A stretch of 64,000 nucleotides of DNA from Phoronis australis (Eukaryota; Animalia; Phoronida): positions 1,334,753 through 1,398,752 of the forward strand of contig NMRA01000028.1 in NCBI GenBank assembly GCA_002633005.1, in the 5' to 3' direction. The notes under the pieces were generated by a model, which was not told the origin of the DNA, ran no database searches, and was given only the letters and a program-made list of their open reading frames with translations. Positions 56,501-64,000 of the stretch are shown here, piece by piece. Position 1 is the first letter of the stretch; each line of letters opens with the position of its first letter. Position numbers and translations under genes: made by a program.

Positions 56501-59500
56501 CGTTACGTCGGCGGTTATATGCAGTGACTTTACAGACTTTCAAGTACATTTTCAGATTTTGTAGATTGAAAACAACACGTTGGAAATTTGAGAACAACAA
56601 ATATGGTGAACACCAAAATTACCCTTGTCCCAAATTCCAGAATCAAAAATTTCAATTGTGCAGGAATTTCTGAGTCCGAAATCCTACAGCCTGGCTCAAA
56701 TTGGAGAATCTTTACCGTAGCCATCAATAATACTTTACACTGTTTAATCGTGTGAAGACAGTGCAAAGCATTAACAAACACTTGGGTAGGTGCTTAAATC
56801 GATCTGACATCTGAAGCGAACCTCAGTTGATGTCATTGAGTTAGTAATCTATGAATGAAGTCACAGACTTGGAATCTTAGATATATACTGCTGAGTGTAA
56901 TGGTTAATATTTCATCCTAGGGTCTTTGTGATTGTGTGGCTCCACCTGTTGGAACAGTTTCAGTGAATCATCAGGAACACATCAGAATGAGTCTATAGTT
57001 GTAGTGCGTTTGCAAGGCACTTCTGCCATACTTGTTATACGCTTGTAAGACTTCGCTACAGTAACTGTGTATGTGGGTAACCATTGACTTTTTGAGTTTT
57101 TAAAATTTAAGTGACCTCATCATTAACCTAGGGAAATGTTGTTTTTGACTATTCGTCTTCGAAAGTACCATAATCCTATTCCACATCAACTCGAGGTTTG
57201 AGGTTTGGATTATTGATAAAAAAGAGTTAATTGAATCAATAATATACTGCACTCTACCAGACAATGCAAACTTGGTTACTATACTTCTCCAATATTTACA
57301 ATTTTATTCACAAAAATGAACCTCTTCTGCCATGCAATTATATAAAAAAGACTATTATTCCCATCCAATATAAATAAATAATAGCTGATCAGTGAAAACT
57401 CATGTTAGACCCAGGTTAAACACATAATAGTTTCCAGCAGTAATGAGTTACTGGTAACATTGGGGAAATTATGGTTGAACAAATTTTCAAGCAGTGACTG
57501 CAGCACTAAATGTATGGATTCTAGGACACTTTGCGGAATTATCGTACACAGACAATCCCAGGAGGATCTTTATTGAACATGACTCACTCAAGACGATTTT
57601 ACCTAAGCTCAGTAACTGATAGTTAGAATCGCATTACTAGAATTAGAAAGCTTCCACAGATTAAAAGCAAACACATACTTTAAATATGTTATCCTCGCAT
57701 TTTTATCAAGTAAAGCAGAAATTATAGAATTCTACAATAAGACGCTCTACCAAGTAACAGGGTCCAGAGACTGCTCCTATTTTCAAATCAATACCTCAGT
57801 GTTTATAGATATTTGCACAAACACACTGAAACAAAATGTTTTCCGCTGCCATTACGACTAAAAAATAAAATACCGTAAAGGAATAAAATTTTGCACAGCC
57901 AAAGAGATTATGACAGGACATTATTTTGTCCAAAGTGGAACCTTTATCAAATTTTATAAATAGGCAACAAAAGTCATTTCAAATTCAAGGATTATTTACA
58001 ATCAACAACAAACGATCATTCGCGTAAATGACACACACCACACGGACAAATGAAAACACTGCATTGGCAACTACTTTATACTAGCCAAGTTTATTTTTAG
58101 ACTCTGTTTATTCACAGTGCAGTGTCCGACGTGAGAAATATCACGGAATGTCAAAATTACCCATGCCCCAATATTCAGAATCAAGAAATTTTGGGCTTGA
58201 ATTTTGGTGTCCCAAATTTTAGAGGTAGTACCAAGCTAAAGAATTTTCACCAAAGACATTCATAAGTGAGCTGTCCAAAATTTAAGAGTGGACATTTAGT
58301 AGTGCACAGGCATTAACCCAATGAAGATACAAAAGATCATAAATCAAAATAGATAAATTAATTTTTTCTCAAAAATTAAATTGAGCAGTTAAAAAATTAC
58401 AACAAACATTATCCAATTTGGCAGTGACACATTAATTATTTTGTTCAGGGCTGGAGCTTGGTCCAGATTCTAGAAACAGGCTCTACTGTCACTCTCAAAC
58501 TCAAGAATTGCTGAAAAAACTTCATAATTACCCACTCGGTAGATTGAAAACACATTGTTCCAAATTTGAGAAATATAGTGAATGCCAAAATCGCTCTTGT
58601 CCCAAATTCCAGAATGAAGACAATTTTTGCATCAGTTTCCATGACCCAAATTCTAGAGAATGCCCCAAATTGGAGGATTTTTGCCAAAAATAGCGACGTT
58701 AATTTCCAGTGTTACGTCTGCAGATGATGTCATTTTCACTCACCGGAGAGAAAAGCGAATCTGTTCTGTAATGCTTCTGCGACATCTAGAACTGTGAGTT
58801 CACATGATGAGTCACCCATTACATAGTCTGAAACAACAACAACAGTTGGTCAACATATTAGTTTAGCCAAACTTTATTGCCGTACTTCAATACCCACATA
58901 TCCAAGGCAACTAGGCATCCGCGCAATTTGGGGGTGCTATGCGCGCACACAAAATACTTCTCTCAAGCATGCTATTCCCCTCTTACGGATACAAACTGCA
59001 CCCCCCCCCCNCCCCTCCCCGGACCAGTTTTCACACTTCCCAAACATATTTCTTTGTTCACAGGTGGACCAACTTTGCTACTGCACGTGAAAGCTCTTCT
59101 ATACCCTCGCACCCCTTTCCTTTCCCTCAAGCCATTTCGCACAGCCTGATATAACTTAATTTCTTCCCACAAAACAACTACGTAAAGGCTCTCCTTTTCC
59201 AACAAGTTTTTATTATTAATTTTAAACAGATCATTTCATAACTATTGACATTAAGCTACAAAAATTAGAACAAAAACAAATCAAAGTTCATAAGTACTGA
59301 CAATGTTAGTAAAGGATACATTGAAAATGCTGTTGAAATGACTTGGCACAATATACTTTTGTTATCGTTTGTTGTTATCCCGTGATGAGGGCTATTGATA
59401 CCTATTGACAATTTTTGTATTTGAAAATTGAATGGCACTTACAGTCAGGAAAGGGTACTTTTATTTGACTTAATGATATTCAAATAATCCACTAAAAAAT

Positions 59501-62500
59501 AAAACAACAAAAATAGTCCAGCAGCTCCAGTCTACCAGCTCACGAATGGGGGAAGACAGCACCCCGAGCAGGGAACAATGTGCGGAAGCAGAGCTGGTCC
59601 GTCAGCGAGCAAAGCAATATGAGAGTGAGAAAGGATTCAGAGGAATAGCGGTCAGAAGAGAAGAAGTCTATTTGGTGACAGGCCCAAGTGGTGCCTGGGC
59701 AGAGACGTCTACCTGGTGCCTCGAGATGTCCCTTGAAGATTTCAGTGGTGAATAACGCAGGTACAAGCACAGGAAACAAGGAAGAAAGGAGTTCTAGACT
59801 TTTGACAAATAAATGAGGCCTACTTGCACACATTGGTTGGTCTTAGACTTGTAGAAAAAAATCTATCACTCTTTCTTAACATGGAAAAAGTCCTGGTGGG
59901 TATAATACCATACAGTTAGTTATGATCCCTCTCAACGAAAGGTCAGACGGATAAGAATGAGTCAGTTTTCTCACTGCTTGATACAACTATATCTCAATGA
60001 GTTCAAATTCTACCAAATATACAATATATAACAAATACAACTCTTCAAATACAACACAACTAAATAACAAAACAATGCAGACAAACTTGGATTCATGTGC
60101 GTAATTCCTTTAACCCTTCGCTGATGAAAACAGCTCTGTAGGCCAGTCATCATCCACATCCAGCCTGATGTGATATACTCCCAAACACTGCACATTTTGA
60201 TGAATTATTGCCCAATGCTCAGATAATAAGTCAAACTGCCGCCACCAATAAACTTCCTAACACTCCACATTGGCCCATGCTCCCAACACTATCAGTCTGG
60301 TATCAGACCATACACAGTTCTTCAGATATCTCACTGCCAGGCAGATATCTCAGCACCATGCAGAATTGATTGGAGATGAGGATGTTACTGTCTGACAAGC
60401 AAGTCTGCATGTTAAACAGATTATGTCAGACTGACTGGCCAGGCAGTCAAGTGAAGCCAGCCAGACCCTCCATTTATATTCCGTTAACTCATCTCAGGTT
60501 AATTAAAAGAAATTTCCGTTTTGTTAACATCGATTTGCAATTCGTAATTCCGGAGTATTCTGGCCAAAAACCATGTGCACACTAGAGGACTCAGTGGCAC
60601 AGTCAGTAAACAACTTAAATAAATTAATTTGTTTTTGATAAATTAAAAATTTTATACCATAAATCAATCATTTTATAATTCTGTCCACAGACAGTATACT
60701 TTGCATATAATATATCATTGTCTCTTCAAAAACTGGGTGTTTCAAAGATCAGAGAGCTAAGGGATCCTAGAACAACACAGAATCGGATCAACTGGGGGGT
60801 TCAGGGGGTTCAACCCCCCCCTCTCCCCCTTGGGACAGGATCAAAAATAAAAATTAAAAAAATGTCACCAGGAAAATGAAATCAGCTACTAAAATCCATT
60901 TAAAAAATCATACAAGGGAGGGGGAAAACCCTCCCGACCTTCCTTCCGCTCGGCGCTACGTGCCTCGTATTCATGCGAATCCTAAACCCCCCTTACTGAA
61001 AACATAGATCTGCCACTGCAACACCCCGTTGCCCACTAAAATAAAAAAGTCAATTAGGCACACAGTTAGGTAACAGATCAATGATATATAATAGTGACCC
61101 TAAAATCAACTAAAGTGATCATTTTCTCAATGCATGGTAACTGCTACAATAATAGCTGTTACCATGGCAACAACATCACAATAGAAAAGGCGACTATGCA
61201 TTTGCAATTAATTTATGAGAATAATGTGAATGCACATAGAAATCAGACAATGTAAATCACATGTTGATTATGGCTTATTTCACTGGAACTGAAATCATCA
61301 GTGACTTCATGGTACAGTCATATACCAATGGGTGTACTGGATCCTGGTTTTTATTAGGTGGTCTTAACAATAGATATGTTCAAAGCAATTCTTCATTTAC
61401 TTAGCACACAGTATGGCCGACAAATGAAACTCTCTCTAGTCAAATTTCTTCACAAAAACAAAGGTTAAGAAAAATTTAGTCTATTACAAGCTGAGTTTGT
61501 ACTGTGTTGATGTCAGAAAACAACATTTGGTGAAATTGCCACTATCCATAGCAAAGTTTAAAGCCTATAAAGAGTGGAAAACTGACAATTTGGAAACTTT
61601 TTTTGTGTGAGATATGTGGAGAATCACCATAAATTTTGAAGCAGTTTCTCCTCAGTTTAAAGCTACGTTTAGGTGGCTAAAAATGAAACTCAAATTAGGC
61701 TTTTTTCTCTGATAAAATTGACATAATAATATTCCTTGCCATGACAGGATATCCCCTAGAACATCAAAACTATTAGTGACTCCAGAAAACAGTTCAGAGG
61801 TTTTGACTGAACTCTAAAATTGCGAATTCGAAAATACTTGTATGCATCGATCCTCCATGACTTGAGTTAGCTGGAAATGGAAGCATATCAGCATGTAACA
61901 TTATCAGACTCATTTTATGTTATTAAAAAGCCTAATTTCATTTTCGTTTTTATCCACGAAACAGGGCAAAATGCTGAGCTATATCTATGCATTCAAGATC
62001 TTCCATACAAGCCCAAGAGCAAAGTGAGGTTGGCTTGCTGACAGTACAACCATTAGGTCAATCACCAACCTAAATAGCCCCAGTCTAAATAAGATTCAGG
62101 CACACATACTAGTCTAGACAATGTAACATACATGATATTAGTATCGATTGGAATCATCTCTAAATATTCAACATGAAAGGTGAATGGTAAGAAAAGCAGG
62201 AAGTATAAATATGCCTGAGTACTGCTGTGTAATCATCTAATGGCAGACTAAACAACTTGATAAGTAGCCTGCTGATTGGTCCAGTTCCTCATCAAAAGGT
62301 AAAACAAGAGGACCTCCTGCTAGTCCTCTAAAACACTCTCAAAGAAATAACTACAAAGTTGAGGGTTATTAAGTGCATAAAATTGCTTCTAAATTTAAAT
62401 TGTTTTGATTCCACAGAACAGGATAGTCGAACCAGTGTTGTACATAGCCAAATTTCTCAAGGATTTTTTTCCTCATTCATCACATTCTGTAACTGTAAAA

Positions 62501-62713
62501 ATGAGATAAAACACACAGTGAAATTCTGAGCACTGAGTTTCAACAATGTGAAACATCTGAAAATGAAAAATGACTATTTCAACAGTTAGTTTTGTAGAAA
62601 TCAAGCACCACCAACAAGTCCCCAGTGAAAAAACTACAAATCTGATGATCATACTTACTGGCGTTGCTCGTCCAAAATTTATCTTTGAAAGTTAGCCGTC
62701 TCTGAGGCATCAT
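2469..62713 (-). CDS. MCF2L: Whole gene span: DBS/MCF2L-like Dbl-family Rho guanine nucleotide exchange factor (Sec14-like, spectrin, DH, PH, SH3), 24 coding exons, about 1107 aa
   Basis: Exons joined by eye at GT-AG sites give an uninterrupted frame of 3324 nt counting one copy of the duplicated exon. Hallmark motifs: RFAFLSGG...PVITFPD, GFVLLIDRR, VMNELIETERVYV, LFGNLQEIYQFH, YLLKPVQRITKYQLLLKE, and an SH3 with GWW...GWAPASYL. One-to-one orthology with MCF2L versus MCF2/MCF2L2 cannot be resolved. Confidence 0.9.
2859..3066 (-). CDS. MCF2L: SH3 exon (GHIPTYQVLADYASLDASEVSLKEGDTVEV...GWWYVK...GWAPASYLE)
   Basis: 208 nt, phase 0-1; SH3 signature residues (ADY, WW, GWxPxxY). Confidence 0.95.
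3698..3914 (-). CDS. MCF2L: Acidic Ser-rich linker exon (LLALSDESC...DDGWSSDEFSNTDDD...YDETG)
   Basis: 217 nt, phase 2-0; inside ORF 3674..3949. Confidence 0.87.
4362..4410 (-). CDS. MCF2L: Small linker exon (AGRHNSTGGLSNQISQR)
   Basis: 49 nt, tttttcag acceptor and GTAAGT donor; phase 1-2 is exactly what is needed to join its neighbours. Confidence 0.8.
4925..5003 (-). CDS. MCF2L: RhoGEF PH C-terminal helix exon (APSEVVKTAWVKQIKDVLMTQYEAIK)
   Basis: 79 nt, phase 0-1; carries the invariant PH Trp helix. Confidence 0.93.
4987..5070. repeat. 41-bp tandem duplication spanning a splice acceptor
   Basis: ACTACCTCACTAGGAGCCTGTAACA starts at both 4987 and 5028. Confidence 0.92.
5477..5720. mobile_element. 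PIF/Harbinger (Tourist)-like MITE, 244 bp
   Basis: Imperfect ~27-bp TIRs GGGCTCGTTCCAACAAAACTGACTTAG / CTTAAGTTAGTTTCTTGGAACGGGCCC, 3-bp TSD CAA, and internal AAGACAAATCTTA repeats. Confidence 0.8.
6055..6147 (-). CDS. MCF2L: RhoGEF PH exon (TAQIGLTEGLKSDPRKFELWLHGRVEVFTLQ)
   Basis: 93 nt, phase 0-0; G.TE..K.D..KFE.W motif. Confidence 0.94.
6824..7156 (-). CDS. MCF2L: RhoGEF DH-end and PH-start exon (EMLKYS...GRLLMQGAFQVW...FKPMQRHVFLYEKMVLFCKR...YIFKNALK)
   Basis: 333 nt, phase 0-0, inside ORF 6791..7162; typical Dbl/DBS PH sequence. Confidence 0.96.
7193..7276. repeat. Minisatellite, 21-bp unit (TACTATATACTGGTAATTAAT), about 4 copies
   Basis: Direct inspection; lies just intronic of the 7156 acceptor. 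Confidence 0.85.
8820..9146 (+). CDS. Lectin exon 1: signal peptide or anchor, Cys pair, coiled coil
   Basis: MAAAQFILFTRLTTLLLLVFASHYVA...EIKHTQH followed by a GTAAGT donor, phase 0. Confidence 0.88.
8820..10882 (+). CDS. Nested antisense gene: perlucin-like C-type lectin with N-terminal hydrophobic segment and coiled-coil neck, 4 exons, 277 aa
   Basis: join(8820..9146,9643..9694,10046..10237,10620..10882) = 834 nt, all GT-AG with matching phases. Long-form CTLD cysteines plus WTGG, EGQWRW, W..GEPS, E.C, WND..C and FICE. Confidence 0.92.
9643..9694 (+). CDS. Lectin exon 2 (LQELVMRTQNRLLQRLQ), neck
   Basis: 52 nt, ttcaacag acceptor and GTTAGA donor; phase 0-1 restores the frame. Confidence 0.8.
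10046..10237 (+). CDS. Lectin exon 3, CTLD N-half (SCKGNYVQNGTSCYNF...TWFDSEAFCMSQGAHLVAIETMAENSFL)
   Basis: 192 nt, phase 1-1; C..(CY.F)..W....C...GAHLV.I....EN.FL pattern. Confidence 0.93.
10620..10882 (+). CDS. Lectin exon 4, CTLD C-half (WWTGGNDVEVEGQWRW...WAPGEPS...EQC...WNDARCESRTYFICEMELLQTTKD*)
   Basis: 263 nt; ends in TGA TAA TGA. Confidence 0.94.
12980..13650 (-). mobile_element. 5'-truncated Penelope-like retroelement remnant (GIY-YIG endonuclease end plus 3' tail)
   Basis: ORF 13181..13603 has VVYKV..DSCKEFYIG..QRHL.DRLKEH...H...H...EALAI......LN, the PLE-type GIY-YIG pattern. No RT domain seen; boundaries approximate. Confidence 0.85.
13043..13080 (-). ncRNA. Minimal hammerhead-ribozyme-like motif in the PLE tail
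   Basis: Minus strand reads CTGATGA-T-GTCTA-ATGAA-TAGAC-GAAA-CGTTG: both core boxes flank a perfect 5-bp stem II, but stem I pairs poorly. Confidence 0.6.
14557..14745 (-). CDS. MCF2L: RhoGEF DH exon 4 (KEQFQIYSLYCQNKPYSE...LPLGAYLLKPVQRITKYQLLLK)
   Basis: 189 nt, phase 0-0; DH conserved region 3. Confidence 0.96.
15655..15724 (-). CDS. MCF2L: RhoGEF DH exon 3 (LFLRDLESYQDRPELVGSCFVQR)
   Basis: 70 nt, phase 2-0; FL..LE....PELVG.CF motif. Confidence 0.94.
16122..16237 (-). CDS. MCF2L: RhoGEF DH exon 2 (GYIEPMSNP...LFGNLQEIYQFHR)
   Basis: 116 nt, phase 0-2; LFGN..EIY.FH motif. Confidence 0.95.
16781..16847 (-). CDS. MCF2L: RhoGEF DH exon 1 (HVMNELIETERVYVSELESVIR)
   Basis: 67 nt, phase 2-0; DH conserved region 1. 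Confidence 0.95.
17113..17237 (-). CDS. MCF2L: RhoGEF linker exon (VIQIVRDSNSSPTPYLNHSQSSPDTVSLARKQSLDTLSAKR)
   Basis: 125 nt, phase 0-2; bridges the frame into the first DH exon. Confidence 0.85.
17151..17386. repeat. Old ~120-bp tandem duplication of an exon 5' part and its acceptor
   Basis: 17151..17267 aligns to 17271..17386, with shared core TGTGAGTGGTTYAAGTAAGGTGT. Confidence 0.8.
18154..18390 (-). CDS. MCF2L: RhoGEF exon (TTVQQVLKRMEEVHDMFEKRRASLRRL...RPIQLVQPE...EDDNKK)
   Basis: 237 nt, phase 0-0; MF.KR..SL..L....RP.Q.V.P motif. Confidence 0.92.
19379..19570 (-). CDS. MCF2L: RhoGEF exon (ANRWCITGVDLLAQQQIDRVQSREGAENAL...MTPDTK)
   Basis: 192 nt, phase 0-0; WC..G..LLA.Q..D..QS..GAE.AL motif. 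Confidence 0.93.
21618..21809 (-). CDS. MCF2L: RhoGEF spectrin exon (PDLTRAQQLQDKGEKF...YGVDSIKPKCAEL...LHERIDK)
   Basis: 192 nt, phase 0-0; Y.VDSI.PKC.EL motif; inside ORF 21609..22010. Confidence 0.93.
22115..22197 (-). mobile_element. tRNA-derived SINE head (degenerate)
   Basis: Minus strand: GGCTGCG-TGGCTCATTGG (A box) ... GGATTTGAATCC (B-box-like). It does not fold into a clean cloverleaf. Confidence 0.55.
26826..26945 (-). CDS. MCF2L: RhoGEF spectrin exon, copy A (same peptide as copy B)
   Basis: 120 nt, phase 0-0, GTAACT donor; differs from copy B by two synonymous changes (GTA/GTG, GAA/GAG). Confidence 0.85.
27762..28433. mobile_element. Non-autonomous hAT-like DNA transposon, about 670 bp
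   Basis: TIRs CAGGCCTTTATCCAG ... CTGCATAAAGGTCTG, perfect 8-bp TSD TTCCTCCT (27754-27761 and 28434-28441), and subterminal GGGCGTCC repeats. Confidence 0.85.
31281..31400 (-). CDS. MCF2L: RhoGEF spectrin exon, copy B (VQFVVERHLESLEKVADAGDSLPQVQQLIKQMTEIESSAQ)
   Basis: 120 nt, phase 0-0, ctcag acceptor and GTAATT donor; lies in the second copy of the 4.45-kb duplication. Confidence 0.85.
32215..32894. mobile_element. Second copy of the hAT-like element, within the duplication
   Basis: Same TIRs; TSD TTCCACCT / TTCCTCCT. Confidence 0.85.
35200..35405 (-). mobile_element. Truncated inverted copy of the same hAT-like family (one end only)
   Basis: Reverse complement aligns to 27762..27975, ends in CTGGATAAAGGCCTG and is more diverged. 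Confidence 0.8.
36465..36890. repeat. Old dispersed repeat; related copies at about 46325..46795 (same strand) and 53600..53915 (inverted)
   Basis: Shared ordered blocks AAAGTA, GTGACCATGT.TT, AATGTTCAAGAT, TTTAAAA.CAATTCC and CCTACATAACC. Boundaries approximate. Confidence 0.65.
37531..37747. repeat. Minisatellite, ~34-bp unit AGAACCTCGTTAGGCTACACAGTTGAATAACACT, about 6.4 copies
   Basis: Head-to-tail units of 33-35 bp with no spacers. Confidence 0.95.
38353..38412. repeat. 20-bp tandem repeat GTAACCATGGACACACACAT x3
   Basis: Direct inspection. Confidence 0.9.
42955..43069 (-). CDS. MCF2L: RhoGEF exon, spectrin-like (LLEQLGETERGFSEIWAKYEQKLHQSLELRQFEEIFKQ)
   Basis: 115 nt, phase 2-0, GTAAGA donor; RLL.QL.ETE..F...W...L.Q.L.LR.FE pattern. 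Confidence 0.92.
46933..47201 (-). CDS. MCF2L: RhoGEF exon, spectrin-like region (AVEKFAANV...EMPNDVESTE...HITAIDR)
   Basis: 269 nt, phase 0-2; E.PNDV.ST motif; overlaps ORF 46803..47120. Confidence 0.92.
49741..49844. repeat. Perfect 52-bp tandem duplication spanning a splice donor
   Basis: TGCTCTCAGT...CAATACTTACAG occurs twice, identical. Confidence 0.95.
49843..49959 (-). CDS. MCF2L: RhoGEF exon, end of Sec14-like domain (VVLLNSLSELHERIAADQLTSDFNGSIVFDHREWIQHRA)
   Basis: 117 nt, phase 0-0, GTAAGT donor; QLT.D..G....H..W motif. Confidence 0.92.
51672..51785 (-). CDS. MCF2L: RhoGEF exon, Sec14-like (AFFPSDISEVLVLRPNGFFSNLASDMGIKIVKDEYKFQ)
   Basis: 114 nt, phase 0-0; FP...VLVLRP.GFF motif; overlaps ORF 51555..51758. 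Confidence 0.93.
52302..52392 (-). CDS. MCF2L: RhoGEF exon, Sec14-like (SEDAKLGFVLLIDRRNNKWASLKALLLKVA)
   Basis: 91 nt, phase 2-0; GFxxxIDRR..KW motif. Confidence 0.93.
55140..55254 (-). CDS. MCF2L: RhoGEF exon, Sec14-like (GGRSLNGCPVITFPDNPKLGDITEQQYRDVVTYLVSVP)
   Basis: 115 nt, AG/GTATGT, phase 1-2; GGR...PVITFPD...TYL motif of DBS/Trio Sec14 domains. Confidence 0.93.
56560..58690 (+). repeat. Local ~150-bp repeat in three diverged copies (about 56560..56716, 58150..58252, 58540..58686)
   Basis: Shared GTAGATTGAAAACA, CCAAAAT, CTTGTCCCAAATTCCAGAAT and AAATTGGAG; produces the similar spurious ORFs 56530..56781 and 58445..58687. Confidence 0.75.
58744..58827 (-). CDS. MCF2L: RhoGEF exon, start of Sec14-like region (YVMGDSSCELTVLDVAEALQNRFAFLSG)
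   Basis: 84 nt, ttcag acceptor and GTGAGT donor, phase 1-1; resembles the DBS ..QLKKRFAYLSG motif. Confidence 0.9.
60778..61018. mobile_element. Small MITE-like element of a CAGTGGCGGAT-terminated family
   Basis: Ends in GATCTGCCACTG with a degenerate left end. Similar ends occur at about 17565..17706 (GATCCACCATTG) and 63962..64000 (CAGTGGCGGATTTAGG). Confidence 0.55.
62659..62713 (-). CDS. Candidate first coding exon of the RhoGEF (MMPQRRLTFKDKFWTSNA)
   Basis: ATG preceded by an in-frame TGA, consensus GTAAGT donor, and phase 1 matching the next exon. No recognisable homology, and other first exons may lie beyond the window. Confidence 0.45.
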
Positions 62714-64000
62714 TTTACAATCATTCCTGTCTCAGTGCTCAACTGTCTTCATGCTCTCATCGTTAATCAATAGGCAATCTTAATTGAACACAAATCACTT
62801 TTGTTAAGACAACTACATGAAGTGTCATCTGTCCTCTAATTAACAGTTTCCACTTTCGCCGCTACAAATTCCTTCGAACACGACTCATTTGAAAGCTTGG
62901 TTGACAAAACCTCAAAAATCCACATATCGAACATTCAAGTAAGCATACAAAATTCCAAACTGACTTTCCAAAAGCAAGGTGGGTAGAAAACGTTGAAATA
63001 CGGTTTACCACAGAATAATGTCCACAAATCTCCTTGTTTTACTCAAGTACATTCCAAATTGTTGGATAACTCCGCAGCCTCACAACTGACTGATGAAAAT
63101 ACAGGCAACCGACTCAGGCATCACCCCAACTCCCCAGAGACAGACAGTCACAGCCACATACTGTGCACACAAACACAGCAAATCTATGTTATTCCCAGCA
63201 ACACTCATTGACTAACATCGACATTCTGTTGACCATTTACATCAAGGAAGTATACACACAGAGAGGTGAAGATATCCGTTTTCAAGATCCAATAAAGTGC
63301 ATTCAGCTGAGATAAAATGCAAATTCAACCTTCAGGGCCTAAAAAGTTAAGGCCAGTAATTAATCGTTGCGACTACAGCTTAAAGGAAAACTGGCTATAT
63401 TGAATGAAGACATGTTAATTACCCAAGATACTTTTCAATGGTACAATATTTGTTCAAGACGTGCGAAGATGTGAGCATTGTTAACCAGAGTGATGTTATC
63501 CACATTTTTTGTAAGTTTGAAATGGACAAGCAGAAAATTCATGGTATCATGTTTTGAACACAGATGTCAAATTCTCATCACTATGAATAAATCCATGATG
63601 CTAAGCACTTATTGAACACAGATCTGCCATGAATGCCATATAGACAACATTTTCTTAGATTCTTTATCCAAGACTAAGACTATAACACCCAAAATTGATG
63701 TGAATCAAAAAACAATCAATTTCAGACTGGCCTTCAGTAACTTCACATTATCTCAGTCTAGTATTGATCCCTGCATATAAAACCCCTCTAAGGTCCCTAA
63801 TGATTGATAGCCGTCAGGGAGAACATTGCTATTTAAAAATTAACAGCAAATACAAACGAAGGCAGCGCGAAATGCAAGGTCAACTATGTAGCACGTTGTA
63901 AATGTATGTTGCTTGGAATTTGACGTACATTGAGGATTGATAAAATCCATAGAACTATAAACAGTGGCGGATTTAGGATATCACAAGGGGGGGGCCCAAC

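Overview
AT-rich eukaryotic genomic DNA from an invertebrate animal; the perlucin-type lectin hints at a lophotrochozoan, but the taxon cannot be fixed from sequence alone. Almost the whole window is one minus-strand, multi-exon Dbl-family RhoGEF gene of the DBS/MCF2L type (Sec14-like, spectrin repeats, DH, PH, SH3). I traced 24 distinct coding exons by GT-AG boundaries and phase continuity, giving about 1107 aa ending in ...EESMV*; the first exon is tentative. A complete 4-exon C-type lectin gene (about 277 aa, coiled-coil neck, EPS/WND motifs) is nested antisense in the intron that splits the DH domain. The same intron holds a Penelope-like retroelement remnant with a hammerhead-ribozyme-like motif. 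A roughly 4.45-kb tandem duplication joined by a single N duplicates one RhoGEF exon and is most likely an uncollapsed-haplotype artefact. Three other exon boundaries are locally duplicated, creating decoy or dead splice sites. The rest is intron with MITEs, non-autonomous hAT-like elements, a tRNA-like SINE head and minisatellites. I found no prokaryotic-type system or CRISPR, and no convincing wholly new system.
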